A DNA stretch of 63,945 nucleotides, the filler included, from Lenisia limosa (taxonomy: Eukaryota; Protista; Breviatea), in the NCBI GenBank assembly GCA_001655205.1. It is 15 parts of 15 records of this genome, joined end to end, with 100 filler letters (N's around TTAATTAATTAA, not from the genome) between each part and the next. Parts side by side here need not be neighbours in the genome. Positions count along the whole stretch, not along the records: positions 9,943 to 32,227 come from LPNZ01002008.1; positions 32,328 to 35,166 come from LPNZ01000937.1; positions 35,267 to 39,409 come from LPNZ01001286.1; 12 more parts are not named here. One strand, given 5' to 3'. The notes beneath the pieces are model-generated. The model made no database searches, had not been told where the DNA came from, and worked only from the letters and a program-made list of their open reading frames with translations. A program made the translations under genes and the position numbers. Positions 23,801 through 37,055 of the stretch are shown piece by piece (the first letter of the stretch is position 1; every line of letters begins with the position of its first letter).

Positions 23801-26800
23801 ATATAACAACATTTGAATAATTAGATGTTAATGCAATCACCAAGCAATGAACCTCAACCTACTCTCCCAAGTCCTTGCACTCTTCTTTATGTCCGCATGA
23901 GTCTCTCTTGACCATTTTACAACAGCCGATTGTGCCATCCTAAAGAACGTTCTAATTAGATTCACTTTGGTTCAAAAAAATAACTGTCACGATAAAGCTT
24001 CTTACCAATCGATGTTTGAACGGTCATTATCAAATCGAAGTGAAGTTTGATAAAATATTTGAGACATTTATTTAATATGAATTTTAGCAAAAATAGGGAC
24101 CACCAACGTTTTGAAAACATTTGATTTTGGTAACATGCAAACGGGAACATTGTGTTTCAACCAGATTATTGCATTGGTAATCTTTGACCCTATAACATGA
24201 AATTAATGAATGCAGTTTATGGGAATGTCAAATATGTCTCAGCGAGCGATATACTACATTTTGGATTGTTGTTATTGTTGTTAACTTCATTAAATCTATG
24301 TAACCCACATACTTCCAACATGGGACGCGTGTAGAAGTAGTGCAGTCTGTGCATGTTATCTGCACTTAGTCAACTTGAGGAAAATTGTTTCATGGGGAGA
24401 AACAATCTGTGAAAAAGACACAATATAGAATCTGTTATAGGAACTGTTTCACTTTAAGGTGAATTTGCAAGATTGCTGGGTGCGACGTTTTTTCGACATT
24501 AAACTATTTCCCCTAACACTACATATGTTATCCTGTCATTTTAAGTTAGTTGCAATTATTCCCAAACCATCTAACCTTAACCATATTGATGCAGGGTTTG
24601 CAAGATGATCGGTGGTGGTTTTGGTGGCAGCTGGAGTATTTAGTAACATAATATCTTATAATGATCCGAGAATCCATTTAATATACATAATACACTATAC
24701 TATATTTATAAATCATCATATTCACAATCCGAGAAAAGATTTCACGCAAAGAGTAATCATTAACCTCACTAAATTTTTGTGAAGAAGGACTCATAAGCAT
24801 ATGTCACTTTAAATACATATTACCTGTACTCTATAATAGGCAAAGATTCACACGGATATCAAATACAAATAAAGACCATAAACATAGTGATGTTTGTTTT
24901 TCTTCGCTGTACTCAAAAATCTTACACTATGGCACCGCCATACTTATCTGGGCAGGGGCTTCCGCAACGTTGACAAGCATGAGCACATTGATAGCGACAT
25001 TTTAAATCATCGATTGCTGGTTTAGCCGTTCTAAGCAAGTCAAACAGCATGTAAGGTACCAAATACAATACAGTTGAACATAATTTTTTTATTAAAATAT
25101 GTGAAGATAAATCTCTCGTAAAAACAATAGACCTTAGTGAGCTAGCAACATCAATGATAATACACGAGTTTTTGCTCTTCAAACATGATACTACTTATTT
25201 AATAGTGAATACTATATGTTCATATAGTATATAATTATATATGTATAGTTAAAGCTCCGGACATCATTCAAAATTCCCGGAGACATTAAAACTCCCGGAC
25301 ACAAATTCACGGATTTTTGACATTTGCTCAAAATTGAAAAAAAGTTAGGGAACATTAGGAGGTCCATTTCTCTATGTATCTGTCGAAGCATTTTTTCAAA
25401 AACACAAGCAATGGCCTAACAAGGTGTCAACTTCAAGCTGTCCGGGAGTTTTGATGTGTCCGGGAATTTTGAATGATGATTTTTAAAATATATATTATAT
25501 AGATATAGTTAAAATATGGCTTTTCGCAGAACTTGAGAAAAAATAAAACAACGTCACGTACTTTAGGTCAATTCCAGTCGGTATTTGGTAATTGATTGGG
25601 TGATACTGGTCCTTTGACAAGTGGCACTCTTTCACTGAAAAGTTATAAACACAGTTCTCTTCTGTTTAATTGCCATTTTGGCATTTATATTTGACTGCTA
25701 ATACTATATTGGTCAAAGTTGCATACTTTTGCGTCAATTGGTAATATGGTTAAAAGGTAAGTCTGAATAAAATCGGGGGAACAAAACTCAAAGAAAAGGA
25801 GTGTCGCAGCAAAAATATACAGTGATTCTGATTCAAATAAGTGTTCAAGTTTTTACAGGTTGCAGTAAGAAAACGACCTCTCCACATATTTAATCTAAAA
25901 CAGCCCCATACCATGGACATGTGCTGAGTTTCGACAAGCTTCAGGGAAGTGCACGGGGTACCTGCATTTGGGCAAGAAGTATTGAGCTATTTGGTTACAA
26001 GTAAATTGGGATTCATTACGGTCTAAAAATACAGGTAAAGTAAAGAAATTCAGTCCATTTGGGATCGAATAAGGTAAATTGATATAATTGTTGACACCTG
26101 TCAAACATATTTTCATACCAAAAGAATTTGAAATTCACTTCTGTTTAATAGGTATAATATCACTAGTTTTCGAGGATTTTTCGTAAATTTCAATCTTGTT
26201 TCAAACCGAAGTGAGGCCCAAAACACAACCAACTTTGTTTCTTAAGAGTTCCTAAGATGATGGATGGTGTTTGTGCCATCCAACATGGTACCTGTGGTGG
26301 GTAAAGTAAGTTAATGAATTAGAGGATGATTTTCCATAAGATCAATATTTTATAGCCAGAGAATGGTGGCCTGACACGATAGACTCAATATTCATTCCAT
26401 GACTTTAGGGTGCATTCAGTTTTCTAACAAACGCGGCTAATACATCAGGATTATATTTACATTTCCTACAGAGATAGGGTGGCCGCATATCGGATTTGTA
26501 ACTTCAACCTAATTGGGTCACTAACTAATGTTTATTTATGTTTGGTTGAAAAATGCGGTTGGATTATGATGGGAATGGTAATGGGAAGGTATTGGATGAT
26601 GTTTAAAAAATTGAGCTTTAAACTCAGTATTGTAAAGATAAATGATTGTTAATAGGACCAAAATTTAATCACAACCTGAAACCAAACCTTTTGTAAACAT
26701 TTGTTGGCACAGTACTCTGTTTTTGTACAGCTGTTGAATTAGTTACAGCGTTACTAAAAATAGTGGTCATTTATACAGTCTTTTTCCATTAGACACCTTA

Positions 26801-29800
26801 CTTTGAACAATAGCAAAGCAGACTTTATCATTTAAACTCTCATTCCCCATATATTGTGGTAAATAATACTGTTAATTGTGAATATCAAGCTATATCAAAT
26901 GTATATAATTATATATGTAATATATATAATGGTATTAATACAGTATCTTGGATGATAGTAATATAATACAGTCGCCCATTTCCCACCATTTGATCCTCTT
27001 TGAATGTCCACAGTCAGGCCTGGTAACAGTGTCGAGCACCTGACAGTTGTCGTGGGGGTGACAAGACTGGAAAGTGAATACGAAAGTTGGGGTTACGCTA
27101 AGAGAAATCTTGTTAAGATATGAAAAGAGTGTAATTGTTATTATTGTATAACATGATGATTGAGAAATATGCATTGACATTATCTGGGTCTTTTAGTATT
27201 ACACATCAAATTTATTGACATAATAAATAAGATAATAAAACCAATTCATAAATAAATAATATATTATGCATAATCAGTGATTTAAACGCAAAGGAAATAT
27301 TTAGATAAATTATAATTAATTAAAAATGCTAAAATATAGTAGAAATTTTTTTGGTTCAATTTATGCTTCAAAGTTGATATTTATCATTTTGAAGAATACC
27401 TTATCACAGCCTCCATGTATGTCGCATGTGAATTCGCATTTATTCTTGCACTTTGGAAGCGAAGCTCTTTAAATAGTTAGTTTCATTAATGCACTTATCG
27501 GAGTAGTAAACAATGATAAGACTTGTACATAATCAGCCAACAAGATAAACGGATATGTGTACATACTATATGTATTCCTCTTGCCATTATTCCCTACCCA
27601 ATTTTGACAATATCTGCAAGATCCTCAAAAGATGAAGATGTAATTTTGTTGTGGATTGGGCAGCAAGGTATGAACGTTTTACCTTCTAATAAGGTAAAAT
27701 TAAGACATATTTAGTGTTTAATTATGTTATAGGATTGTCACATTATATCTTACATCATGTCTAAAGTACTAGGATGATGTTGGTTGACGTTATAATGTAA
27801 TAAACATTAAACAACGATAACACGAAGTTTCTTCATAAATATATTGGAAATTGGATGATAGCAAATTGAATCAGCACCCTCCCTACCTGAAGATTCTCTG
27901 GAGACGGAAACGTTGGCGATAGCGCCCTTCTCTTCAAAAACAGGCAAAACCTAAAACAAATCATTTTTATTCTCTTTTACAAAAAACATACATAAATATG
28001 GATTGTTTGCTTCTCTCACAATAAAATGATTCAATCATATTACTATTTTCAAAACGAAATGCAAAAGGTGCCCACCTTCCTCCAAGGCCCGTCTTTCTTC
28101 TCTTCAAGCATTTCCTGGTTACCAAAGACTACAAAAGCGCTTCTGGCTCTTGAACCTTGATACGAGTGATTATCTTCTTTGATTTTACAAAATACGACGT
28201 TTTATTAAAATCATTTTATAAAATTAAGAGTTGGATTTGAATAAAAGTATCTTACATGCGACGATAGTTCTATTGGCGTAGCGAATGAACTCAGTTTGGT
28301 TTACGGTTCGCGTGAGAGAAAGTACAATAATCTACAATATAAACCAGATTAACTAATATAAAATTGTCAAAATAATGCTTCACCAACGTCATTTTCTTCT
28401 CCCTGGAACATATCGACTGTTTGAACACTGACACTGTTGATGATTCCATGTTCCGAAGCTTCTTGAACGAATGCGTTGATTTTTTTTGGCCTACAGTATG
28501 GATAAACTCAAAATCATAAAATCCTAACTTAGCGTTTTTAGAGAAGTCACGTCGAAGAGCTGTCTTTCGGCCACCTTCTGACACAAAATCCTCTAATAAA
28601 TATGATCATCAAATATAATCGAATCTCTTTCAAATTTTACAATTAAATCAAGCAGTTCTATAGTAACGGTATGTTTTACGTAACATTATACATATGCAAT
28701 TTTATGATTATATCATACACTTTCTAACCCCCAAAATCTGACTAATATGAATAAAATGGTTAAAACCACGTCAAATAATTTGACTTATTAACATTTGTGT
28801 CATTCAACATTCAACGTTTAGAAAACAACGCTAACCTTTGTGTCGGAGTTTTCTGTCATCTGCTTTCTCACGTAGCTTAAAGTATTGACCTAGAGTACGT
28901 TATAAGTAAGGACGAATATAATCAATAATTGGAAAATTTATGAAACAAAAAAAACCTAAATCAACTCTGTTGGCTGACAACACACAGTGTTTGATAACAA
29001 CAAAACAAAGCCCAGGCCAGTCACTTCTGCAGCACTGCATCCCATCACACCAACGTACCTTTGTAGGGGGTGAGAATGGTGATTTTTGAAGGATGTATTC
29101 CCACTACTATGACAAGGTGTTCCACAAAGCCAATGACCTTAATAGTAACCAACTCTTCACTTTGGTTCAAAAAAGACTGGTAAAATACTGATATCATTCG
29201 AGAATTATCAAATAGTCTGTCCTGGATAAAAGTGTAATCTCAAAAGCAACGGTTCTTGCTGATAATGTACACTAAATGCACCAGGTTGATCAAATAGTTA
29301 ACAGTGTCACAGATTCTGAAATTTCCTCTCAAACATACGTAGCTATACATTTGTTTATATAGTAAATAAATACAAGTATAATATATTTACTAATATACAA
29401 ATCAACTTATTACCAATAATGTTCAAATTCCACAAACCAAGTTTGCTTCATCATGATTCACAGGTGATGTTCCAGCCATGTTTTCCTTAAAATGTAAGTC
29501 AAACTCTGAAATATTTAATTATTGTTTTCTCTTATCATAGTACAAAAAGAGTGTATTTCTTCATTTCTAAAATAGTGTTGTTATTAAATCATCGTAACCT
29601 TACTTTGTGATTGTGATTGAAGAAAAACATTCTCCGAGAGCAGTGAGCCTTTTTTGCGTCCTCTAATTTCATTATATAGGTTGCACTGTGAGTGACATCA
29701 TTGGAGAGTCACTTCTAAGAATGACTGAGCTATTTTGATAAATCCTCGTAACATCCTCAAGAATTAATATTTTAGCTGTCTTTTGGAACCGAAAAGTGAA

Positions 29801-32129
29801 GCTCAAACAATCAGGTGTGATGTTTTATTGTGTATGGAAAAGTTCGGTATGTGAGCTTCAACTAACTCAATACTGCGATTCCAGGAAGGTACGGATATGC
29901 TTTTTGGTTGGCAATAATGTCACGTTCTTTGCTGCTGACACAATTATTGATTTTCTAAAGAGAGTAAAAATGGGTTCCTTGAAGAAAAAAACTTCTCAAG
30001 TATAAGCTGAAATTACTTATAATGGCTTCAAACTCCAGAATACCTCATAATCCCATGAATGCAGAGCAGTAAGGTCAGGGTGCATTCTTCTCTGGTGGCA
30101 AAGCGTCACAAATGGGGCATTGTTCTCAATGAGTCGTTGAAAAAGGGAGATTCCCTAGAGAACATGTTTAAGTGTAATTGAGATAGCTCGTGAAATATGC
30201 ATATATTTTATATATGTAGTAGTATATGTATATAGAATAATATCACGCCGTTACACGTGGAGAAATCACATGTCAGACAAACAATCATATTATGGTCATA
30301 TTGTTTTGGAATTATATAAATTAAAGTTTGATACAGAATATTTAACTTACATAGTGTTTTTTCAGACGGAGGTCAGAGCAGCGAACTGAAGGTTGAAGTT
30401 GCTTGTGGTCGCCTAAATTTGTAAAAACAATCATTTTTGCTATTTACCAAAATTAAAGCAACATGCAAAGAAAATTTTTTGCTCTTTAATGTCAAAAGCA
30501 AAGAAATATGAGCAATAATATAATGTTGTAGCTCACCAATGAGAATTATAATTGGCAACTTCTTGAATTTTCGGCTGAAAATCGATCCAAGTAGTGTAGG
30601 CTACACGCATTACTCCAAAACGACAAACAATAACTGAGAATCCCAAAACATAACCCATCAGTATAAAACCAACTTCAAGTAACTCAGCAGCCTCTTCAAT
30701 AATAATCACTTCGGGGGAGAACTCCTCAATTACACCAGGCTTCATGCAGACACTAAGTCTGTCAGAATTCGAGTTTTTTTAAAGAAAAGAATAAAATATA
30801 TAAAAAGAATTAGAAAAATGGAGTTTTTTCCTTCTTAAAGCGGGACAAAAGTACATATTTTCGCGACATTTTAAGTGGTCAAATGAGCCTAAGTTGGACT
30901 CTTGTTGGTTTTTTTAATAATCACTTCTGGTGAGATTGTTTTAGTTACCCTGCCGCTTACCGACACTAATTCTCTTAGCATTCGAAAAGGAAGTATTTTA
31001 CTTAATATCCCTGACATAATAAACTATCCTACCCTTCCCCTTCCTTTCATAGAGTGTAGGTGGGTGAGGGAGTGGTCGCTTCATCTTACTTTGTTGTTGT
31101 AGCTCCAAGCACTTTTATTCCAGTTTTGTTATATGAATTTCCGTCATTGATGTCCTTCGCCTCTCCAATTTTCTAAAAAGATTAGAAAGCATAAAATAAG
31201 TTGTTACAGACATAACTATTCTATGGAATATAATCATATAGAAATAACACCAGGTAGGTTTATACCAAGACCAATTGTACCAAAGAATCATTAAAACTTG
31301 TCAACCAAATAGGAATTCACTTTGGTTTAAAATAGACGGTAAATATTGATAGCTTAAGAGGATTGATTGAAAAATTCAGTTTTTGTTCTAACTGGAGTGA
31401 GCCCCTAGGTAAATTGACAGACAAATGGAATGGATCATATCACTAGGTGGAAAATGATTTGTCAAAAGTGTAAAAAGTGATATGATAGTAATGCTGGAGA
31501 ATATTGATGGTATTGTAAACAAGAATTTGATTATGTTGTAATTAGTGTCTCACTCTGATGCCAAATAGAATGGTAAAAATATAGACAATTATGAAAGATA
31601 TATCAAAAATTAAGTCAATTTTTTGTAACCAATGTGAAGCTCAGTAAGGATAGAAAAAACAAGGACGAAACAGGCTAAAGCCGTCAATAACATTTGATCC
31701 CAAAGAAGTCAAACAAGAAATTTGGTTGCAATTTGGTCTCATGATATATTATTTGTATTATTGTCTCTAATTTGCGTTACAATATTGTTAAATTTACTAC
31801 TAATTTGAACAAAGCGCTAACCTTCATATCATCAAAAGCTTGGGCCCATTCGGCGGAGTTTGTTGATAACACATTCTTGCTGTAGTATTATAAATGAGGA
31901 GAGCTTGTGGTTTAACAATAGAAACAAATGTCATTATATATTCAAGTTATTACAAGACGTTAACTCCTTTTTGAAATATCAAAATAACACTAACAGCACA
32001 TACAGCCAACCGTTGCACCGCCCTAATGATGTAGAGGACACGAAGCCGTTGATACTCGTTCATGTCAAAGAGCATTTTAGCTGATGTGATTGCAGACAGC
32101 TCCTCGATCATAGATTCCGTCACAACCAT
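20828..32129 (-). CDS. ZNFX1: ZNFX1-like SF1 (UPF1-like) helicase with NF-X1-type Cys-rich fingers and unrecognised C-terminal region (5'-partial, about 40 exons)
   Basis: Exons give KVLGATTT, EVIIIEEAAELLE, IILIGDHKQLQP, ISLFQRLIENNAPFVTLCHQRRMHP, SKITILTPYKGQ, VQTVDMFQGEEND, NRTIVACSRARSAFVVFGN, then repeated C/H-rich exons (CHPHDNC..PDCGH, CAHACQRCGSPCPD). Exons below about 22500 are tentative. Confidence 0.87.
25252..25480. mobile_element. Single TIR element (about 230 bp) in a ZNFX1 intron
   Basis: CATCATTCAAAATTCCCGGAGACATTAAAACTCCCGGACA on the left is inverted as TGTCCGGGAGTTTTGATGTGTCCGGGAATTTTGAATGATG on the right. The left end follows TTAA; the right terminus looks truncated. Confidence 0.65.
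28890..29058 (-). mobile_element. 169-nt ZNFX1 intron consisting almost entirely of repeat family 2 (introner-like)
   Basis: Intron lies between ...ILTPYKG and QYFKLRE. Repeat starts 10 nt after the GT. AG|GT at both junctions; GTACGTT at the start and AACGTAC near the end are inverted. Confidence 0.75.
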
Positions 32130-32179
32130 CTAAAATATGAGAAAGATGTAATTTGTTCGATATACTACTTATAGGTGGG

Positions 32180-32215
32180 GGGACATGACCGTGTCCAGGG
32201 ACATGACCGTGTCCA
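32180..32215. repeat. 18-bp tandem duplication GGGACATGACCGTGTCCA x2
   Basis: Direct reading. Confidence 0.9.
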
Positions 32216-32429
32216 CTTTTTTTTATTNNNNNNNNNNNNNNNNNNNNNNNNNNNNNNNNNNNNNNNNNNNNTTAATTAATTAANNNNNNNNNNNNNNNNN
32301 NNNNNNNNNNNNNNNNNNNNNNNNNNNTAATCACGAACCGAATAATGATAAAACTCCAAACAAACAAGAAACAAAAAACAAGCAATAACAAACATGAGCA
32401 ACCAACGCTAAAACTTGACAAAAGCCAGG

Positions 32430-33023
32430 GGAAAAAGAAAAAGGAGAAGGAAGTTATCCCAAAAATCATGTCGAGACAGCTTTGAGTTGTTTATCAAGGC
32501 ATCCACACCGTCACTTTAGTATTATATTAATTCACCCAATCATTTGCGGTAAAATTCTGTGCAGACAGCTTTCTGTGTGCCTCAATAGAAAAAAATAATA
32601 AACAGAAGGCAACCTCACTCCCCTCAACATATTACCTTCAAAAAAAAAAAAAGACAAACTTGTCTATGTAAGGAAGTATTATCAATTCTTGAGGATAATA
32701 ATAACTTAAAGATTTAATTGCGCAATTATAATAAGAAAAACCTTGACATGACTTGTTGTGAGGACGAATACACAACTTATGAAACATTGTTTGCAGAGTG
32801 TAAGGCAAATGATTGGGGGAATGAGTATGAATACTATCAATATCCTACTCATGATGTGGTGGACGGCTTTAATCATATCATCATTCCATGAAAGGCGGAG
32901 AAGAGCACAGATCAAGAGAGCTTACTGTGATGACTGGTGTGGGGATCCTCTTCCTCTTGCAACCTTGACCTTTCCTCTACCCCGTTGCTTCTTTCCTCCT
33001 CTTCCACGGCTTTGGGGGTTCAT
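32430..33023 (-). CDS. Hypothetical gene start, basic RG-rich N-terminus
   Basis: MNPQSRGRGGKKQRGRGKVKVARGRGSPHQSS followed by a GTAAGC donor. Possible further exon at about 32440-32515. Confidence 0.3.
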
Positions 33024-33371
33024 GCTTCTTACTGCACCATTTTAACAGGTGGGGCAAGTACTTTTCAATTCCTTCTAAACACTGCAGATCGTGTAACTAA
33101 CGTAAGATGTTAAGATTATTCAGGGTAGACAAAGGCTGGGAGCCAAAGAGCCAACAGGGAAGTGAGAAGAGAGGTTGAAATTCAAAATAATATAATCCAA
33201 AAAATAGAAAGAACTGAACTCTTCTCTCAATTAATATAAATAAATGCAATATGGTAATAACTGCTGTTTATTTCACATTTTTATGAGAGAAACATCGAAA
33301 TATAGAACAAAGAAATAGAGAGGAAAACACACTATTTTCTGATATCACGGTCCAAATGTATCAAAAAGGGT

Positions 33372-34417
33372 TTAAGCCTGACGCTTCTTCATCTCTTCCA
33401 TGATAGAGAGCTTGATACCGTTGCCACGGGGAATGGAGACGGTGGGCTTGTTGCCAGTGCCAATGACGAAGACATTGTTGAGGCGGGTAGCGTACTCGTG
33501 ACCGGCAACATCCTTAAGATGGACGATCTCGAAAGAGCCCTGATGCTTCTCACGGTGAACGATAGCACCAACACGTCCGATATTGTGACCACCAGTGATC
33601 ATGCAGACGTTACCGATCTCGAACTTGATGAAGTCGACGATCTCACCAGTCTGGAGGTCAACCTTGACGGAGTCGTTGACAGCAATGGCGGGGTTGGGGT
33701 AACGGAAAGTACGACCGTCATGGGTGGAGAGAGTGGGGATACCACCGTTGACGAAGTCGAGACGACGAACACGGCAGAGCTTGAACTGAAAAAATCAACA
33801 ACCCTTTTCTTGAAAATAGCAAGAGAAAGAGATTCCCAAAATCCCCTACCTTAGACTCCTCGTTCTTGATCTTGTGGAGAGCGAAGCGGCCCTTGGTGTC
33901 GTAGAGAAGACGGAAGTTCTCGTCAGTCTTGGTGATAGAGACAACATCTAATGAACAATAAGACCAGGAAAGGTGGTAATTCGGGGTATATAGTCGATCT
34001 GTGAAAAGCTTACCCATGAATCCAGCGGGGAAGGTAGAGTCGGTACGGACCTTGCCGTCGACCTTAACGTAACGCTGCATGAGGATCTGGGTGACCTCGC
34101 GCTTGGTGAGAGCAAGCTTCAGGCGGTTGCGAAGCATCACCACGAGGGGGAGGCACTCACGGAGCTTGTGGGGTCCGGAAGAAGGACGAGGAGCCTGGAT
34201 GCATGAGCAACAAAAGAGAAAACATTCTGAAAAAAAGTGCTGGCTTACCCAAACGCCGTGGAGGCGGCCAAGCATGAAGTTCTTGGGGGCAGCAAGTGCC
34301 TTGAGATGTTTACGGGGACCGCGCTGAAGATGTAAGAGAATGGTGCACAGGTTTGAAGAATGGGGCAAAGAGCACGCTCAATTGACAAATGAACACATTT
34401 CCCCAGCTTACAGCCAT
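33372..34417 (-). CDS. RPS4: 40S ribosomal protein S4 (eS4), complete, 5 exons: 34417-34412, 34323-34249, 34194-34014, 33947-33850, 33785-33372
   Basis: [20 protein letters not shown]...[17 protein letters not shown]...[14 protein letters not shown]...[11 protein letters not shown]...[14 protein letters not shown], with all introns GT-AG and in phase. Confidence 0.98.
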
Positions 34418-34683
34418 GTTTAAAGTCTGTCTTAAAGCTAAAGAAAAGTGAGAAATGAAAAGAAAGAGGACTTGTAACACTGGCTAAATAGTAGAAATCA
34501 CGGTGGGAACACGAAAAAATAATGCCTTAACAACTCACCTGGCTTAAAGAGGTTTGAAAAATGAAAAATATTTGGAGAAAAAGCAAATGAACTGAACTGT
34601 GAACTGAACTTTTGGTCATCGATCAATTCACTTTTTATTCAATTTGTTTTTTTGGACTTCTCTTTTCCGCTTCTGCTGCCATC

Positions 34684-35058
34684 ATGTATGTGAGAAGGTT
34701 AAGAATAACCTTTAGAACTGCATTAGAAGGGTAGAAAAACCATAAGTATTATGCGAAACAAAAAGTTGATCTTCAGAACCAAGTCCCTCCCACAACGTTA
34801 TTCTGACCCTTTGAGCCAGATAACTTCTGCAAGGGTGTCTTCTGTTCCGAAATAATAAAAGATTTTTTGCAACAAAAACCTCCGGCCGTTACCCTTTCCG
34901 GTTGTCATGAAATGTTGGTTTGTTAACAAATATGTTTATTTTTTGTTTTTTAAGATAACATCTCATTCTTTTTAGTACATACACTATGATGGTATGACTT
35001 TGAGTAGACAAGTGATGATTTTATCTCTACCACTGGTATCCTCTTCACTGTATTGAGG
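34684..35058 (+). CDS. Possible 5' exons of a gene divergent from RPS4
   Basis: ATG TAT|GTGAGA start and later short GT-AG exons; no family recognised. Confidence 0.25.
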
Positions 35059-35266
35059 TAGGAAGAGCTTTTGTGCTGTGGCTTGGGCGTTGTTTGTTTT
35101 GTTGTTTTCAACCCTTCTGTTTATAAATTTTCTAATTCTACTCACCCCCCCCCCCTCACACCGAACNNNNNNNNNNNNNNNNNNNNNNNNNNNNNNNNNN
35201 NNNNNNNNNNTTAATTAATTAANNNNNNNNNNNNNNNNNNNNNNNNNNNNNNNNNNNNNNNNNNNN

Positions 35267-36969
35267 GCCTGGGGATGAGTGTATGGAGATAGAGGTTTGG
35301 TATTGGTCTGTGTGGCAAGAACTGAACTGAACTGAACAAAACCCCTCCCCCTCCTACGGTTGGAATAACATTTCCTTGAGCATCGAATACCGGGGGAGGG
35401 GGAAGTACCATGGACTCGAATTGGGCAATGTCCATCTGATCGGTCAAGGAGGCTTCTCTTCAAAACAAAAGCCAATCCAAGTAGCATGATTATTAGCAAA
35501 AGATCAGCAGCGTCCCCTCACATCAGGCCCTTGGTCAGCAAGACGTGGAAGCTCGTCACCACGTTCAATAGCCAACGCGTACGCCACACTACGCTCGCGC
35601 ATTGCGCAGACCTGCCTTGTTAAATAGGGGGGGGGGGAATAATCCTATTCACAAAAAACACTCAATTTGTACATTTTCCGATACACAAAGATTATAGATA
35701 AATCAAATATTTATTACCTCATGCATATTTACCTAAACTTGCTCAAAATAAAAGAAACAATTCTATAACAGACCTTGCGAGCGGGGAGAAAAGCTCGAGG
35801 CTCAGCAGGAGGTTCCATCATTGGGGGTGCAAGGTAAAGGGGATCGTCAGCCTGTGTGTCGGGTCAAAACAGAATAGATGCAGCAAAATCGAAGAAATAA
35901 AATTCAGTCCAGCACCCAACAAGCCATATTCTCAGCAAACCTTGAGGGGGTGCGAGAGCATCATTTTAGCCTAAAAAGTCAATACCAGGCTGAATTCTCA
36001 GAGCATATTGGTCCGAAAAGATTCCGCCGCTCACCTTTGACGCCCATTGCTTAGTCTTGGCATCGACGATGCTCGCCTCGGCTCGGGTCACAATACCAAG
36101 ACCTGGCAAGTCAATGGGCTTAAGAATGCGGCAAATACATATAATTTGAGGTAATATACGAACTTGCAACACTTTAATTTAAAGAGTTTCAGAAAAGAGC
36201 AGATCTCATAAAAGTGATAGAATAAACAAAAACAGCCAATACATAGTAATTTGTGCCTGAGCGAGAACAAAAACAGCCAATACATAGTGATTAGTGCCTG
36301 AGCGAGACTTTTGTCCCCGTTCCCTCCCCCCGCACCATCAGCCTGGAGAGCAGTACGCCTAATGACCGGGTGGAAAGCCGTGTTGACGAGCAGGCGCAGG
36401 AGGGCCGTGGCTGAAGGGGCGGGCTTGGTGGGGCTGACTTCGATCTGACCAAGGAGAGTTTGGATCACGTCTGTGTGTATCAGTAGTGCGTATCAAAGTA
36501 GCATATTTGCCCATTTCTCCAGTGCTAAATAATCCTGAAATAGGTGTGGGCTCCTTTTTGATAACTATGCATTGCAAAACCATTTCTACAAAAGCCTATC
36601 TTACTCAAGGCGTGTGATGATACCAAAATAAGACACAATAAATGTTAATGACCAGTCTGATCCATGCGGACCTGGGGTGTTGATGAACACTGCTCGACCT
36701 TCATCAATGAGAGTGACGTTGACCAGGACTGAGAGGGCAGGTTGGTGGCTCAGTGGTGCGGTCGGCTGGGGTGGGGGTAACTATGGCAAATTTTAAATAA
36801 AAAAGGGACCAAAATCAACTCCGTTGGCTCACTTTCAATTGAAAGGTTGATACCTATTTGCTTTCTCACACAATCAAAAACTGTTTATCCGAATCCGGTT
36901 TACTGACGAAACAGATGTTATCACCGAGGCTATCCTTGAACTATCTCCGCCAACTCCCTTCGAAGACAT
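35267..36969 (-). CDS. Hypothetical spliced protein (3'-partial)
   Basis: Consistent minus-strand splice signals. Exons include VLVNVTLIDEGRAVFINTP, KQWASKVSGGIFSDQYALRIQP, QVCAMRERSVAYALAIERGDELPRL and MDIAQFESMVLPPPP. Confidence 0.5.
36224..36307. repeat. About 42-bp tandem duplication (intronic)
   Basis: AACAAAAACAGCCAATACATAGT.ATT.GTGCCTGAGCGAGA x2. Confidence 0.9.
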
Positions 36970-37055
36970 CTTCACATTCGTTGTGTGTTGGACCTGCACA
37001 CAGCAGTATTCTATCAGACAATCGCTGGTTGTCTTTCTTTTCTTACGCTGTAGCG

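Noticed and set aside
28291-28584. 97-aa ORF as a protein
   Set aside because: Wrong frame; the real exon reads ...VQTVDMFQGEEND of the helicase.
28890-29058. Family 2 as an intronic C/D snoRNA
   Set aside because: Only a weak GTGATGG C-like box, no consistent terminal CTGA D box, and copies are truncated and divergent.
20200-32227. Endogenous giant-virus or polinton insert suggested by AT-richness
   Set aside because: The block is explained by one spliced ZNFX1-like gene with host MITEs. No viral hallmark genes were seen.
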